A stretch of DNA of 34,533 nt from Pseudomonadota bacterium (GTDB taxonomy: Bacteria; UBA10199; 2-02-FULL-44-16; JAAZCA01): assembly GCA_043822785.1 (NCBI GenBank), contig JBDRBN010000048.1, positions 1 to 34,533 of the forward strand, written 5' to 3'. This document shows positions 18,503-27,601 of the stretch, piece after piece. Position numbers and translations under genes: made by a program. Within the stretch, counting starts at the first letter, position 1. Each line of letters opens with the position of its first letter. The notes under the pieces were generated by a model. It was given only the letters and a program-made list of their open reading frames with translations. It did not search any database and was not told where the DNA came from.

Positions 18503-18679
18503 CCCTCCACAGGTGATGGAGATGTCGTATAATACTTGACCCGCACTAGCAAGGTATTACTGATCATTAACCACTAGGAACCAGGTTCGTGAAGGTATTG
18601 AAATGCAATTCCGGGGTGAAATTCCCTTTGCTGGAAATGTGAACTGACCTTGTGATTAGTCAAACTCGGATTATATTGC

Positions 18680-18822
18680 GGGCACCTCTAAAAACCTATG
18701 ATAATACGTTCTGTTGTCATTCCCGCGAAAGCGGGAATCCAGTATTTATCAACGTTTCCCATGACTAGATCCCCGCCTTCGCGGGGATGACAAACAAAAA
18801 ATTGGGGTTTTTAGAGGTGCCC
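18680..18822. mobile_element. MITE (143 bp) with 17-bp TIRs and 4-bp target duplication
   Basis: TIRs GGGCACCTCTAAAAACC / GGTTTTTAGAGGTGCCC. TTGC lies directly on both sides (18676-79, 18823-26). Confidence 0.85.
18716..18791. repeat. REP/RPE-like palindromic element nested in the MITE
   Basis: GTCATTCCCGCGAAAGCGGGAATCCAG ... GATCCCCGCCTTCGCGGGGATGAC. Confidence 0.85.
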
Positions 18823-18832
18823 TTGCATAATA

Positions 18833-18866
18833 GAAAAACCCCCGTCCAAAAAGAGACGGGGGTTTT
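18833..18866 (-). terminator. Intrinsic terminator downstream of the cold-shock gene
   Basis: 12-bp stem AAAACCCCCGTC / GACGGGGGTTTT, T-tract on the minus strand, just past the csp stop. Confidence 0.8.
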
Positions 18867-18889
18867 GTCAGTTCGAGCTGATAGTTAGA

Positions 18890-19105
18890 TTAGCTTGTGG
18901 TAACGTTTGCAGCCTGAAGACCCTTGGGGCCCTGTACTACTTCGAATTCCACTGTCTGACCTTCTTTGAGCGTCTTAAAACCATCGCCCTGGATTGCCTG
19001 GAAGTGCACGAAGACATCCTCGCCACCTTCTTCAGGAGCGATGAATCCAAAGCCCTTCCCATCGTTAAACCACTTTACCTGACCCTTCTTTCTTTTGTTC
19101 GACAT
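18890..19105 (-). CDS. Cold-shock protein (CspA family)
   Basis: [15 protein letters not shown] (RNP1), DVFVHF (RNP2) and [13 protein letters not shown] 19105 has SD AAGGA. Confidence 0.97.
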   Translation of the reverse strand: MSNKRKKGQVKWFNDGKGFGFIAPEEGGEDVFVHFQAIQGDGFKTLKEGQTVEFEVVQGPKGLQAANVTTS

Positions 19106-19459
19106 ACAACACCGATCCTTTCTTTTCTCCGATCGCAGCGTGTTCCAAAACAAAAAACGCGCGCCGATTATTGCGGCTCGCGTTCAGTCGTAACCATTAC
19201 GCTGTCCTTCACACACAACGATCGATCTCTTCATTTTCGGCACCCTTATAGGCGGTAAATAGTAAAATATACAAGCATTTTTTTGACATACATGCTTATC
19301 AAGAAGCTGAAAGCTAAAGTCAGTATTTTAGTTGGCCTGTAATAATGAATGATATCATAGGGTTAAGGTGCTGCGCTTTTCTGATGAGCAAATCCTTGGC
19401 CATCCTGCCCAATGCCTAATTCAGCTCATAAGCGAAATAAAATCACTCGGTGGCTTAAG

Positions 19460-20503
19460 CTAACAGAGTTCTATCCCCTCCCCTGGCAGGAGTTTGCCAA
19501 GGGGTTTTAGCAAGTTCTCTTCAATACCCGCACTGCGAGCTATGCTGCAATATTCCTCAATTGCATCCGCAGAAACAGCTACCAATAACCCGCCGCTTGT
19601 CTGAGGGTCTGCCAATATCTTTTGATTCTCGTCTGTCAAACCCGAAACATGCTTGCCATAGCTCCTTACATTTCTAAACGTGCCGCCAGGGCAGCACTCC
19701 TTATCAAGATAAAATGAAACTTCAGGCAAGATAGGCACATCGCTTAGATTTATCTTAGCCTTTAGGCCACTTCCTTGCGCCATCTCCAATGCATGGCCCA
19801 AGAGGCCAAAGCCAGTAACATCGGTCATCGCATGAACGCCTTTTAACCTGCCAAGCTTCTCGCCAACTTTATTTAATGTGGTCATTATCTTTGTTGCCTT
19901 ACCGCTATCCTGAGCTCTTAACAAACCATGCTTTTCCGCGCTGGTTAGAATACCAACTCCCAAAGGCTTTGTTAGAAAAAGCAGATCACCTGGCATTGCA
20001 GTGCTATTTTGCTTTAGGTTTTTCAGATCAACTAAACCGCTTACAGCCAAACCGAAGATCGGCTCTGGCGAATCAATGCTGTGGCCGCCAGCCAAAGGAA
20101 TCTCCACACTTGTGCACACATCCTGCGCGCCCTTTATCACCTCTCTTGCCACTTCCGCAGGAAGTTTATCGATCGGCCAGCCCAGTATAGAGATTGCAAG
20201 ACAGGGTGTGCCTCCCATCGCATAGATATCGCTAATCGAATTAGTAGCAGCGACCCGGCCAAAGTCATATGGATCATCCACTATGGGCATAAAAAAATCG
20301 GTTGTGCTGATAAGCGCCCTGCCGTCTCCCAAGCTAACACAAGCTGCATCATCTTTGCTTAAATTTCCCACGATGAGATTTGGAAAATGGCTGGCATCGC
20401 CGCTTGCAGCCAACACCTTCTCCAAGACATCTGGCGCTATTTTGCACCCACAACCTGCTCCGTGACTAAACTGAGTAAGCTTGACCTTTTCCTTGGCATT
20501 CAC
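19460..20503 (-). CDS. selD: Selenide, water dikinase (selenophosphate synthetase), Cys-type
   Basis: LTQFSHGAGCGCKI (TGT Cys codon), DDAA, TTDFFMPIVDDP, GGHSI, TDVTGFGLLGH and DPQTSGGLL. GTG start after AGGAGG. Confidence 0.97.
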   Translation of the reverse strand: MNAKEKVKLTQFSHGAGCGCKIAPDVLEKVLAASGDASHFPNLIVGNLSKDDAACVSLGDGRALISTTDFFMPIVDDPYDFGRVAATNSISDIYAMGGTPCLAISILGWPIDKLPAEVAREVIKGAQDVCTSVEIPLAGGHSIDSPEPIFGLAVSGLVDLKNLKQNSTAMPGDLLFLTKPLGVGILTSAEKHGLLRAQDSGKATKIMTTLNKVGEKLGRLKGVHAMTDVTGFGLLGHALEMAQGSGLKAKINLSDVPILPEVSFYLDKECCPGGTFRNVRSYGKHVSGLTDENQKILADPQTSGGLLVAVSADAIEEYCSIARSAGIEENLLKPLGKLLPGEGIELC

Positions 20504-20687
20504 ATGCTCCTCCTTTATTTGCGGCTGTTACTATTCTTAATTACGGCTCAAAACAAGCATTTAAAATAATTGACGATTCTATGATCTATCGGTACATATT
20601 CGATTCTTGCTGCCTGCTAATAGTTATTGGTTGGCACATATAATCAAAAATAATCATATATTTCAAAAAGTTAGCGGAGGTTAAAGA

Positions 20688-23423
20688 ATGTCTCTCTACA
20701 TGCAAATCGATGGAAAGAAGCTCTCATTTGAAAAGGGGCAGACCATCATCGAGATAGCAAAGGCAAACGGCATATATATCCCTTCTCTTTGCTATCATAA
20801 GAAAACCGGCCCTGCCAGCATGTGCCGCATCTGCGTTGTTGAAGTTGAAGGCATGCGCGATCTGCAAACAGCCTGCTCTGTAATGGCAGCAGATGGCATG
20901 AACGTAACGACGGATTCCGAGAAGGTGATTGAAACAAGAAGGCTCATCGTTAATCTTCTGCTCGACAATGGCCACCACGATTGCCTGGCGTGTGAAGCCA
21001 ACGGCGAGTGCGAACTGCAAGATGCTGCCTACCGCTTGGGAATTGAAAGACCTGCATTCATCATCGATTCACCCGAAGAACCCAAAGAAGATTCAAGCGA
21101 GATGATCGTGCGCGATCACAACAAATGCATTCATTGCGGCAGATGCATAAGGGGTTGCAATGAAACCGTTGTTAATGAGGTGCTGGATTTTGGATACAGG
21201 GCCCATGGCGTAAAGGTTGTATGCGACGATGATGCGCGCATGGGCGAGTCCACATGCGTTCAGTGTGGCGAGTGCTCCCAGCTCTGCCCTGTGGGTTCGA
21301 TCATTGATAAGAAAGCCATCGGCCAGGGAAGGCCATGGGAACTTAAGAAGGTCGATACGGTCTGCACCTACTGCGGAGTTGGTTGTCAGATCACCCTTCA
21401 TGTAGATGAGGCAAAGAATAAAATCGTAAAAGTCTCAGGCGTGGAGGATGCAGAGGCGAATTTCGGCATGCTCTGCGTTAAAGGTCGCTATGGTTATGAA
21501 TTTGTTGGCAGCGATGAGCGCCTCACAACGCCTCTCATCAAAGACGCAGACGGCACGTTTAAGGAAGCAAGCTGGGATGAGGCGATCAAACTAGTTGCGG
21601 ATAAATTCTCCAAAATCAAATCAAAGCACGGAGGCGATGCAATCGCAGGACTTGCCTCTGCAAAGGTAACAAACGAAGAAAATTATGTATTTCAGAAGTT
21701 CATGAGAAAGGAGGTGGGCACAAACAACGTTGATCACTGTGCCCGTCTCTGACACAGCGCCACAGTGGCCGGTCTGGCTGCTTCATTAGGTTCAGGAGCG
21801 ATGACAAACGACATAAACGGCATTGGCGATGCCGATGTCATATTGATCACCGGCTCCGACACTTCCGCTGCACATCCAGTAATTGCTGCAAGAATCAAGA
21901 AAGCTGTAAGGTATGGCAAGACAAAGCTCATCGTAATCGACCCAAAGAAAATAAAGATGGCTGATTATGCCACCATCTATGCGCAGCAGCGCTGCGGCAC
22001 GGATGTTGCGGTGATAAACGGCATCATGCATGTCATGATTAAGAACGGCTGGTATGATAAAGTCTATGTTGAAGAGCGATGCGAAGGATTTGAAGAACTA
22101 AAGGCCGAGGTTGAAAAATATCCTCCTCAAAAGGTCGAAAAGATTTCAGGCGTGCCTGCAAAACAGATCGAAGAGATCGCAGATCTGTTTGGCAAGGCTA
22201 AGACCGCAGCTCTGTTCTACGCCATGGGCATCACGCAACACACAACAGGCGTGGACAATGTTTGCTCCACTGCCAATCTGCAGATGCTTGGCGGAAATCT
22301 GGGCATTAGCGGCGGAGGCGTGAATCCACTTCGCGGGCAATCCAATGTGCAGGGAGCGTGCGATATGGGTGCGCTTCCCAACGTGTTTTCGGGATATCAA
22401 AAGGTAACTGATGAGCCTGCAGTGGAAAAGTTTGAAAAGGCATGGGATGCAAAGCTATCCAACAAAGTTGGATTAACAGTTACAGAGATGCTTTCTGCTG
22501 CTGAAAAAGGAGATGTCAAAGCGCTCTATGTGATGGGCGAAAATCCCATGCTCTCAGATCCTGATCTTAATCACGCAAGGCATGCGCTTGAGAAGACCGA
22601 GTTCTTAGTGGTTCAGGATATCTTCATGACCGAAACTGCAGAGCTTGCTGATGTCATACTTCCTGCCGCATCGTATGCAGAGAAAGAGGGCCACTTTACA
22701 AACACAGAGCGCCGCTGCCAAAGGTTGAGAAAAGCGGTCAACTCGCCAGGTGTTGCAAAGGAAGACTGGCGCATCATTCAGGATATCGCAAAAGCCATGG
22801 GCGGTTCTTGGAACTACGCTTCTGCGCGCGATATAGCTGATGAAATAAACAAACTCACGCCTTCATACGCCGGCATCACATGGGATCGCACCCACAAAAA
22901 TGGACTTCAGTGGCCTTGCCCAACTATCGATCATCCTGGCACGCCGTTTCTGCACAAAGGTAAGTTCGCTCACGGCAAGGGCCTTATGAAGGCAATACCA
23001 TTTAAGGAACCAGCCGAGCTTCCTGATAAAGACTATCCCATGATACTCACAACAGGCCGCGTGCTAGAGCATTTCCACACAGGCACGATGACCAGAAAGA
23101 CGGGCGGGCTTAACAACATATCAGGCCCTATGGTCATGATGTCAGTTGAAGATGCTGAAGAGCTGGGTATTGAGAATAGCGAGATCGTCAAGGTATCAAG
23201 CCGCAGGGGCAAAATCGAAACACCTGCCTTTGTAACAAGGCGCATAGGCAAGGGAACGATCTATGTGCCTTTCCATTACAAGGAAGCAGCAGCAAATCTT
23301 CTCACCAACCCTGCTGTAGATCCTGTTGCAAAGATACCAGAGTACAAGACATGCGCTGCAAAGGTGGAAAAACTCTCAGGCAAAAAAGCAGACAAACCAG
23401 GGCAGAATAGGATGGTTAAGTGA
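20688..23423 (+). CDS. fdhF: Selenocysteine-containing formate dehydrogenase alpha subunit with N-terminal NuoG/HydA-like FeS domains (911 aa, Sec355)
   Basis: The two ORF-track pieces are in frame across TGA 21750-52, giving DHCARL-U-HSATVAGL. It has 2Fe-2S, His-ligated (HHDCLACEANGEC) and 2x[4Fe-4S] motifs, CTYCGVGC, LCVKG and PLRGQSNVQG. Confidence 0.95.
21750..21782 (+). promoter_or_regulatory. UGA(Sec) codon and bacterial SECIS element
   Basis: TGA, 11 nt, then stem AGTGGCC-loop GGTCT-GGCTGCT. Spacing and apical GGUCU resemble the E. coli fdhF SECIS. Confidence 0.88.
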
Positions 23424-23445
23424 TTGGGTGAATTCATTCACCCAA

Positions 23446-23502
23446 TCATCCTGAGCGACCCTGAGTGAGCAACGCAAGTCGAAGGGGAGTCGAAGGATCC
23501 CC
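23446..23502 (+). repeat. REP-like repeat family A (TCATCCTGAGCG...GTCGAAGGATC), copy 1
   Basis: Shares both ends with 28717-28768 and, inverted, with 34319-34355. Confidence 0.75.
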
Positions 23503-25452
23503 TGACAACATTCTACGATCACCAACTCTCTTTGTCGTTCCTTCCGAATCATATTTGCCAAGGAGAAGCAGGCATATCTTCCTGTTGCCTCCCACTAAAT
23601 CTCTAAACTCGGCAACAGTTATGCCTGTGGGGTTACCCGCAAGATGTTCCAGGAGTTTTTTGCGGCAATCATTCACAACAGAAGTATGAATATAGTTGCT
23701 CTCGATTAAGCAGACACGCTTCTTTCCAATCAGATAATGCAAAACATGTTTAAATTCTTTTTCAGCTAAACCCAGCTTGTTAGCTTTTGGAAGCATCTCA
23801 GACATGAGCGGTGTTTGCATTTTATAATCCAAAAGCATTTTCTCTACGGCTGCTATGTCTTTTTCAAAATTAGGATCTACGATTACTTTGTGATCAAACA
23901 TTGCCCACGTATTTTCTACTTTCTTTATCTTTTTTTCTTGCGCAAGCTTGGCGCACAGCCTCTGCAAATATTCATATTCAGAGCCTTTATTGCAGAGGCT
24001 CAATATGCCGATAAGTTCTTGATCTGTCCTGCCGCCGACTTCTAGAGGGTTGCGCTTGTGATAAGATTCAAGATTCTTGAGGAGTTTCTTCTCAAGGCGA
24101 TCGTTTTCTTCTTTTAGAATCAATATGGCTTGTTCGTCCGCTGGATAAACGACAACATCATCCGACATGTTCGATATTTCCTTTATGATTTTTTCGTGCG
24201 GCAGATTTAAACTGATCGCAATTTCCTCACTGGAAATCGCGCCATATTCCTTTCTCACCTCATAACCTATCATCTCCGCCAGGTTGCCCGATGCCGCTTC
24301 TTGAATCGTCTTTATAAGATAAGGCCGCCTTCTTCTATGATGCAGGGGATTGGGATCTATGACCTCTCCGCCACCAAGGGTCGTATCGCCAGAACTATTT
24401 CTGATAATGAACCTATCTCCGCGCATGATCGCGCAGGGTTTATCCATGTGTATCTGAACCAGAACGCTCTCGCCTTTTCTCACCTCGTCCTTATCCAGAA
24501 GATGTATGCGAGCCATGGATTCAAAAGTTCCAAGATGAAATAAGAGATTAGTCCACAAGCCAAACTTCCTGCTGTTTTGAAAAAGCTTGATTTGGGCATC
24601 GATCATCTGTGTGGTTGGTAACTCTCTATCTGAGACGACCTGCCCCCTTTGAAAATCTTTCCTATCCAGGCCAACCAGGTTTAGAGATGCACGATCTCCT
24701 GCGCATACCTCGTCTGTCTCAGCCCTGTCTCGCTCTATGCGTCTGATCCGCAATGAATCTGATTTAAAGGGAATAAGATATGCGTTATCGCCCTTCTTTA
24801 TAGAACCGCTCATCACAGAGCCGTTTACCACGCTGCCGAAACCCTTAACAGTGAAGATGCGATCCACAAACATCCTGAATATCTCTCCGCTAGCTCGTTG
24901 TTCCACTTTTTCAACGAGTTGAGATATTCCTGCTTTCACATCGTCGATGCCCTCGCCTGTTATTGCAGATGCTTTTATAATGGGACATTCATCTAAAAAA
25001 GTTCCCTTAGTGATCTCTTTAATTTCATCCACAGCAAGCGCTATCACTTCCTCGGTTACCAAATCAGCTTTGGTGATCACCACAAAACCCGACTTCACAC
25101 CGAGCACATTCATTATCTCCAAGTGTTCACGAGTCTGGGGCATAACACCTGAATCAGCTGCAACAACGAGGATCGCAAAGTCGATACCGCTGGCGCCTCC
25201 AACCATGGTATGCACAAAATCCTTATGCCCAGGCACGTCGACGATGCCGATCTTATTTTGACCGACATCGATGTGTGCAAAACCAAGATTGATGGTGATG
25301 CCGCGGGATTTCTCCTCAGGGTGTGTGTCGCAGTCAAAACCGGTGAGCGCCTTTACGAGTGCAGTCTTGCCATGATCCACATGGCCTGCAGTGCCCATTA
25401 TCAGGTGTTTTGTTTGAGATAATTTCACGATTATTCTTATGTTGTTTGTCAT
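23446..25452 (-). CDS. selB: Selenocysteine-specific elongation factor
   Basis: GTAGHVDHGKT, DVPGH, MPQTREH, VDRIFTVKGFG and C-terminal winged helices ending KRVGDRR. Start uncertain (25452, 25428 or 25398). Confidence 0.96.
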   Translation of the reverse strand: MTNNIRIIVKLSQTKHLIMGTAGHVDHGKTALVKALTGFDCDTHPEEKSRGITINLGFAHIDVGQNKIGIVDVPGHKDFVHTMVGGASGIDFAILVVAADSGVMPQTREHLEIMNVLGVKSGFVVITKADLVTEEVIALAVDEIKEITKGTFLDECPIIKASAITGEGIDDVKAGISQLVEKVEQRASGEIFRMFVDRIFTVKGFGSVVNGSVMSGSIKKGDNAYLIPFKSDSLRIRRIERDRAETDEVCAGDRASLNLVGLDRKDFQRGQVVSDRELPTTQMIDAQIKLFQNSRKFGLWTNLLFHLGTFESMARIHLLDKDEVRKGESVLVQIHMDKPCAIMRGDRFIIRNSSGDTTLGGGEVIDPNPLHHRRRRPYLIKTIQEAASGNLAEMIGYEVRKEYGAISSEEIAISLNLPHEKIIKEISNMSDDVVVYPADEQAILILKEENDRLEKKLLKNLESYHKRNPLEVGGRTDQELIGILSLCNKGSEYEYLQRLCAKLAQEKKIKKVENTWAMFDHKVIVDPNFEKDIAAVEKMLLDYKMQTPLMSEMLPKANKLGLAEKEFKHVLHYLIGKKRVCLIESNYIHTSVVNDCRKKLLEHLAGNPTGITVAEFRDLVGGNRKICLLLLGKYDSEGTTKRVGDRRMLSGDPSTPLRLALLTQGRSG

Positions 25453-25520
25453 TGCGAGGGAGGAACGACCGAAGCAATCTCCGGAATTTAGGAGATTGCT
25501 TCGCTGTCGCTCGCAATGAC
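25448..25520. repeat. REP/RPE-like palindrome (GTCATTGCGAG...GAAGCAATCTCC / GGAGATTGCTTC...CTCGCAATGAC)
   Basis: 11-bp terminal and 12-bp internal perfect inverted repeats spanning the selA-selB junction. Confidence 0.85.
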
Positions 25521-26903
25521 ATTTCCAAAAACACTGGTTATGGAAGAAACCAGATACGACATATCATCTCTAAAGATCGTAAAGACATCAAAGAGCAGTT
25601 TTCCTTTTCTCAAAACGCCTATCACCGGCTTATCCAGCTTTAAAAGTTTTTGAAAAACGCTTTCAGAAGATTCAGAGCTTTCCGTGACCAACTCCACTGC
25701 ATAACTTTTCATCTTAAGATCAGGCAGAGACCCGCCGCCGCACTGCCCAAAGCTCTCCACCACCCGGCAATCAACGCCTGCCTTCTTGAGCTCGCCCGCA
25801 AAACGCTCGGCAATTTCCTTAAGATCATCTTCTTTGCGCTCTAACATAGTAAAGAGCGGATTTGCTTTAACGAGCGTTTCATCTGATAAATAATTTCTGC
25901 AAGCAGCGCAAAGCGCAGCCAGGGTTATCTTTCCTACCCTAAGGGCTCTCATCATGGGGGCTTTGGAAAGTTTAGCGATGAGTTGCCCGCTTCCTGCGAT
26001 GATGCCTGCCTGCGGCCCGCCAAGGAGTTTGTCGCAGCTGAACGTCACAAGATCAGCGCCGCCAGCGAGCGCGCTGCGAATATCCGGCTCCTCTTTCATG
26101 TCGATATTTTCAGGGCGTCTTAGAAGTCCTGACCCAATATCATAGATGAATGACAATCCTTTTGAATGTGCAAGTTGCGCTAAATCCTCAACACACGCCT
26201 CTTCAGTAAAACCTTGAATGGAGTAGTTTGACTGATGAGCTTTAAAGATAAGCGCTGTGTTCGGAGTGATCGCGTTTTCATAATCTGAGAGCCTGGTCCT
26301 GTTTGTAGTGCCCACCTCAACCATGTTTACACCTGCAGCTCGCATGATATCAGGAATTCTAAAAGAGTCCCCTATCTCAATGAGCTCGCCCCTTGAAATT
26401 ATAACCTCTTTGTCCTTTGCCAAAGTGTTAAGCGTCAAAATGATTGCAGCAGCGTTATTGTTTACGACCAAAGAACCCTCTGCTCCGGTCAGATACTCTA
26501 TTATCTCGGAGACGTGAGCGTTTCTCTTGCCTCGCCTGCCTGCCTTTAAATCAAATTCAAGGTTGGAATAACCGGTAAGGATATCAGCAATATCATCGAG
26601 AACTGCTCTTCCTATTGGCGCCCTGCCGAGATTTGTATGAATGATAACGCCTGTTGCATTGATTACAGACTTTAAGGAGCTCGTCGTTATTGCAGAAAGA
26701 AAATCCAAGGCATCTTCTATTATACGGCATTCATCTGGCAAAGGCTTGCCTGCTTTAAGCTGATTTCTTGCAGATTCGATCGATTTTCTAAGCGCATGAG
26801 TTACCAAAGAATGGCCATGGACATGGATGAGCGGCTTGAGTCTTACATGCTCAAGCATCTTGTCCACGCCCGGAAGCGCCCTAAAATCAGTATTTCTAGT
26901 CAT
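25488..26903 (-). CDS. selA: L-seryl-tRNA(Sec) selenium transferase
   Basis: VINATGVIIHTNLGRA, VNNNAAA, SRGELIEIG, EVGTTNRT and PLP-Lys motif FSCDKLLGGPQAG. SD AAGGA. Confidence 0.97.
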   Translation of the reverse strand: MTRNTDFRALPGVDKMLEHVRLKPLIHVHGHSLVTHALRKSIESARNQLKAGKPLPDECRIIEDALDFLSAITTSSLKSVINATGVIIHTNLGRAPIGRAVLDDIADILTGYSNLEFDLKAGRRGKRNAHVSEIIEYLTGAEGSLVVNNNAAAIILTLNTLAKDKEVIISRGELIEIGDSFRIPDIMRAAGVNMVEVGTTNRTRLSDYENAITPNTALIFKAHQSNYSIQGFTEEACVEDLAQLAHSKGLSFIYDIGSGLLRRPENIDMKEEPDIRSALAGGADLVTFSCDKLLGGPQAGIIAGSGQLIAKLSKAPMMRALRVGKITLAALCAACRNYLSDETLVKANPLFTMLERKEDDLKEIAERFAGELKKAGVDCRVVESFGQCGGGSLPDLKMKSYAVELVTESSESSESVFQKLLKLDKPVIGVLRKGKLLFDVFTIFRDDMSYLVSSITSVFGNVIASDSEAIS

Positions 26904-26920
26904 AATACCGTCCTTACATC

Positions 26921-26955
26921 CCGAAAAACGAATAACGAATTACGATCTACGAAAA
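26921..26955. repeat. Degenerate heptamer tandem repeat (5 x ACGAAWW-like)
   Basis: CCGAAAA ACGAATA ACGAATT ACGATCT ACGAAAA, between selC and selA. Confidence 0.6.
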
Positions 26956-26981
26956 TTTATCCCAAAGGGACAAATTTTTTG

Positions 26982-27073
26982 CAGAGAGGGCAGGAATCGA
27001 ACCTGCCACAGACGGTGTTATCCGCCTGCTGCTAGTTTTGAAGACCAGCTTAAACACCAGTTTAGTCCTCTCT
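26982..27073 (-). tRNA. selC: tRNA-Sec (UCA), 92 nt, CCA not encoded
   Basis: AGAGAGG-AC-TAAAC/TGGT/GTTTA-A-GCTGGT/CT TCA AA/ACTAGC, an 8-bp variable arm, then GCAGG/TTCGATT/CCTGC-CCTCTCT-G. Lies upstream of selA on the same strand. Confidence 0.95.
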
Positions 27074-27190
27074 AAATCCTGCAAATACCAGCCCAGTCGC
27101 GCTTTAAGAACATACTCAAGCCTCATCGTCAAGAGTTTCAAAATCGCAATTTTTCGTTGTGATTTAATAATATAAACGTATATTCCTGTC

Positions 27191-27601
27191 ATGAAAATTT
27201 CCCTGCTTACGTCTTTGAAGGCAATCCAACATAAAGACGGCTACATCTCTGAAAAAAGCATGAAGCAGCTTTCGCAGGAAACCAAAGTTCCAATATCCAA
27301 AATCTATGGCGTTGCCACTTTTTACTCCATGCTCCGCACACAAAAGCAGGGCAAGAACATAATATATGTGTGCGCAAGCCCTTCGTGCGTGGTGAATGGA
27401 TCACTCAACATCACCCGCTATCTTGAAAAGAAATTAAAAATCAAAAAAGGAAAAACGACCAAGGATAAGAAATTCAGTTTATACGAAACTTCCTGTATTG
27501 GCTGTTGCGACAAAGCACCTGCAATGCTTTTAAACGGCAAAGCTTATACAAATTTAACTGAGGCAAAAATCGATAAATTAATAAAAAAATGCAGATCCTA
27601 A
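27191..27601 (+). CDS. NuoE-like [2Fe-2S] subunit of a multimeric [FeFe]-hydrogenase (HydC)
   Basis: IYGVATFYS, CASPSC and SCIGCCDKAPAM. Confidence 0.92.
   Translation: MKISLLTSLKAIQHKDGYISEKSMKQLSQETKVPISKIYGVATFYSMLRTQKQGKNIIYVCASPSCVVNGSLNITRYLEKKLKIKKGKTTKDKKFSLYETSCIGCCDKAPAMLLNGKAYTNLTEAKIDKLIKKCRS

Noticed and set aside
18503..18675. Riboswitch upstream of the ATP-grasp gene
   Set aside because: Only a weak inverted repeat (TAATACTTG/CAAGGTATTA) is visible, and I recognise no aptamer consensus.
19106..19153. Longer 87-aa version of the cold-shock protein
   Set aside because: The Csp domain and SD fit ATG 19105; the extension lies in the leader.
20440..20470. SelD as a selenoprotein
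   Set aside because: The active-site codons are TGT and TGC (GAGCGCK), with no UGA.
20498..20515. ATG-TGA mini-ORF overlapping the selD GTG as a Se-sensing device
   Set aside because: The ATG is only 3 nt from AGGAGG, there is no SECIS-like hairpin at the right distance, and the frame is not that of selD. Probably chance.
20688..23423. fdh as two genes or a nonsense pseudogene
   Set aside because: The TGA is in frame at the catalytic Sec position, with a SECIS and selABCD adjacent.
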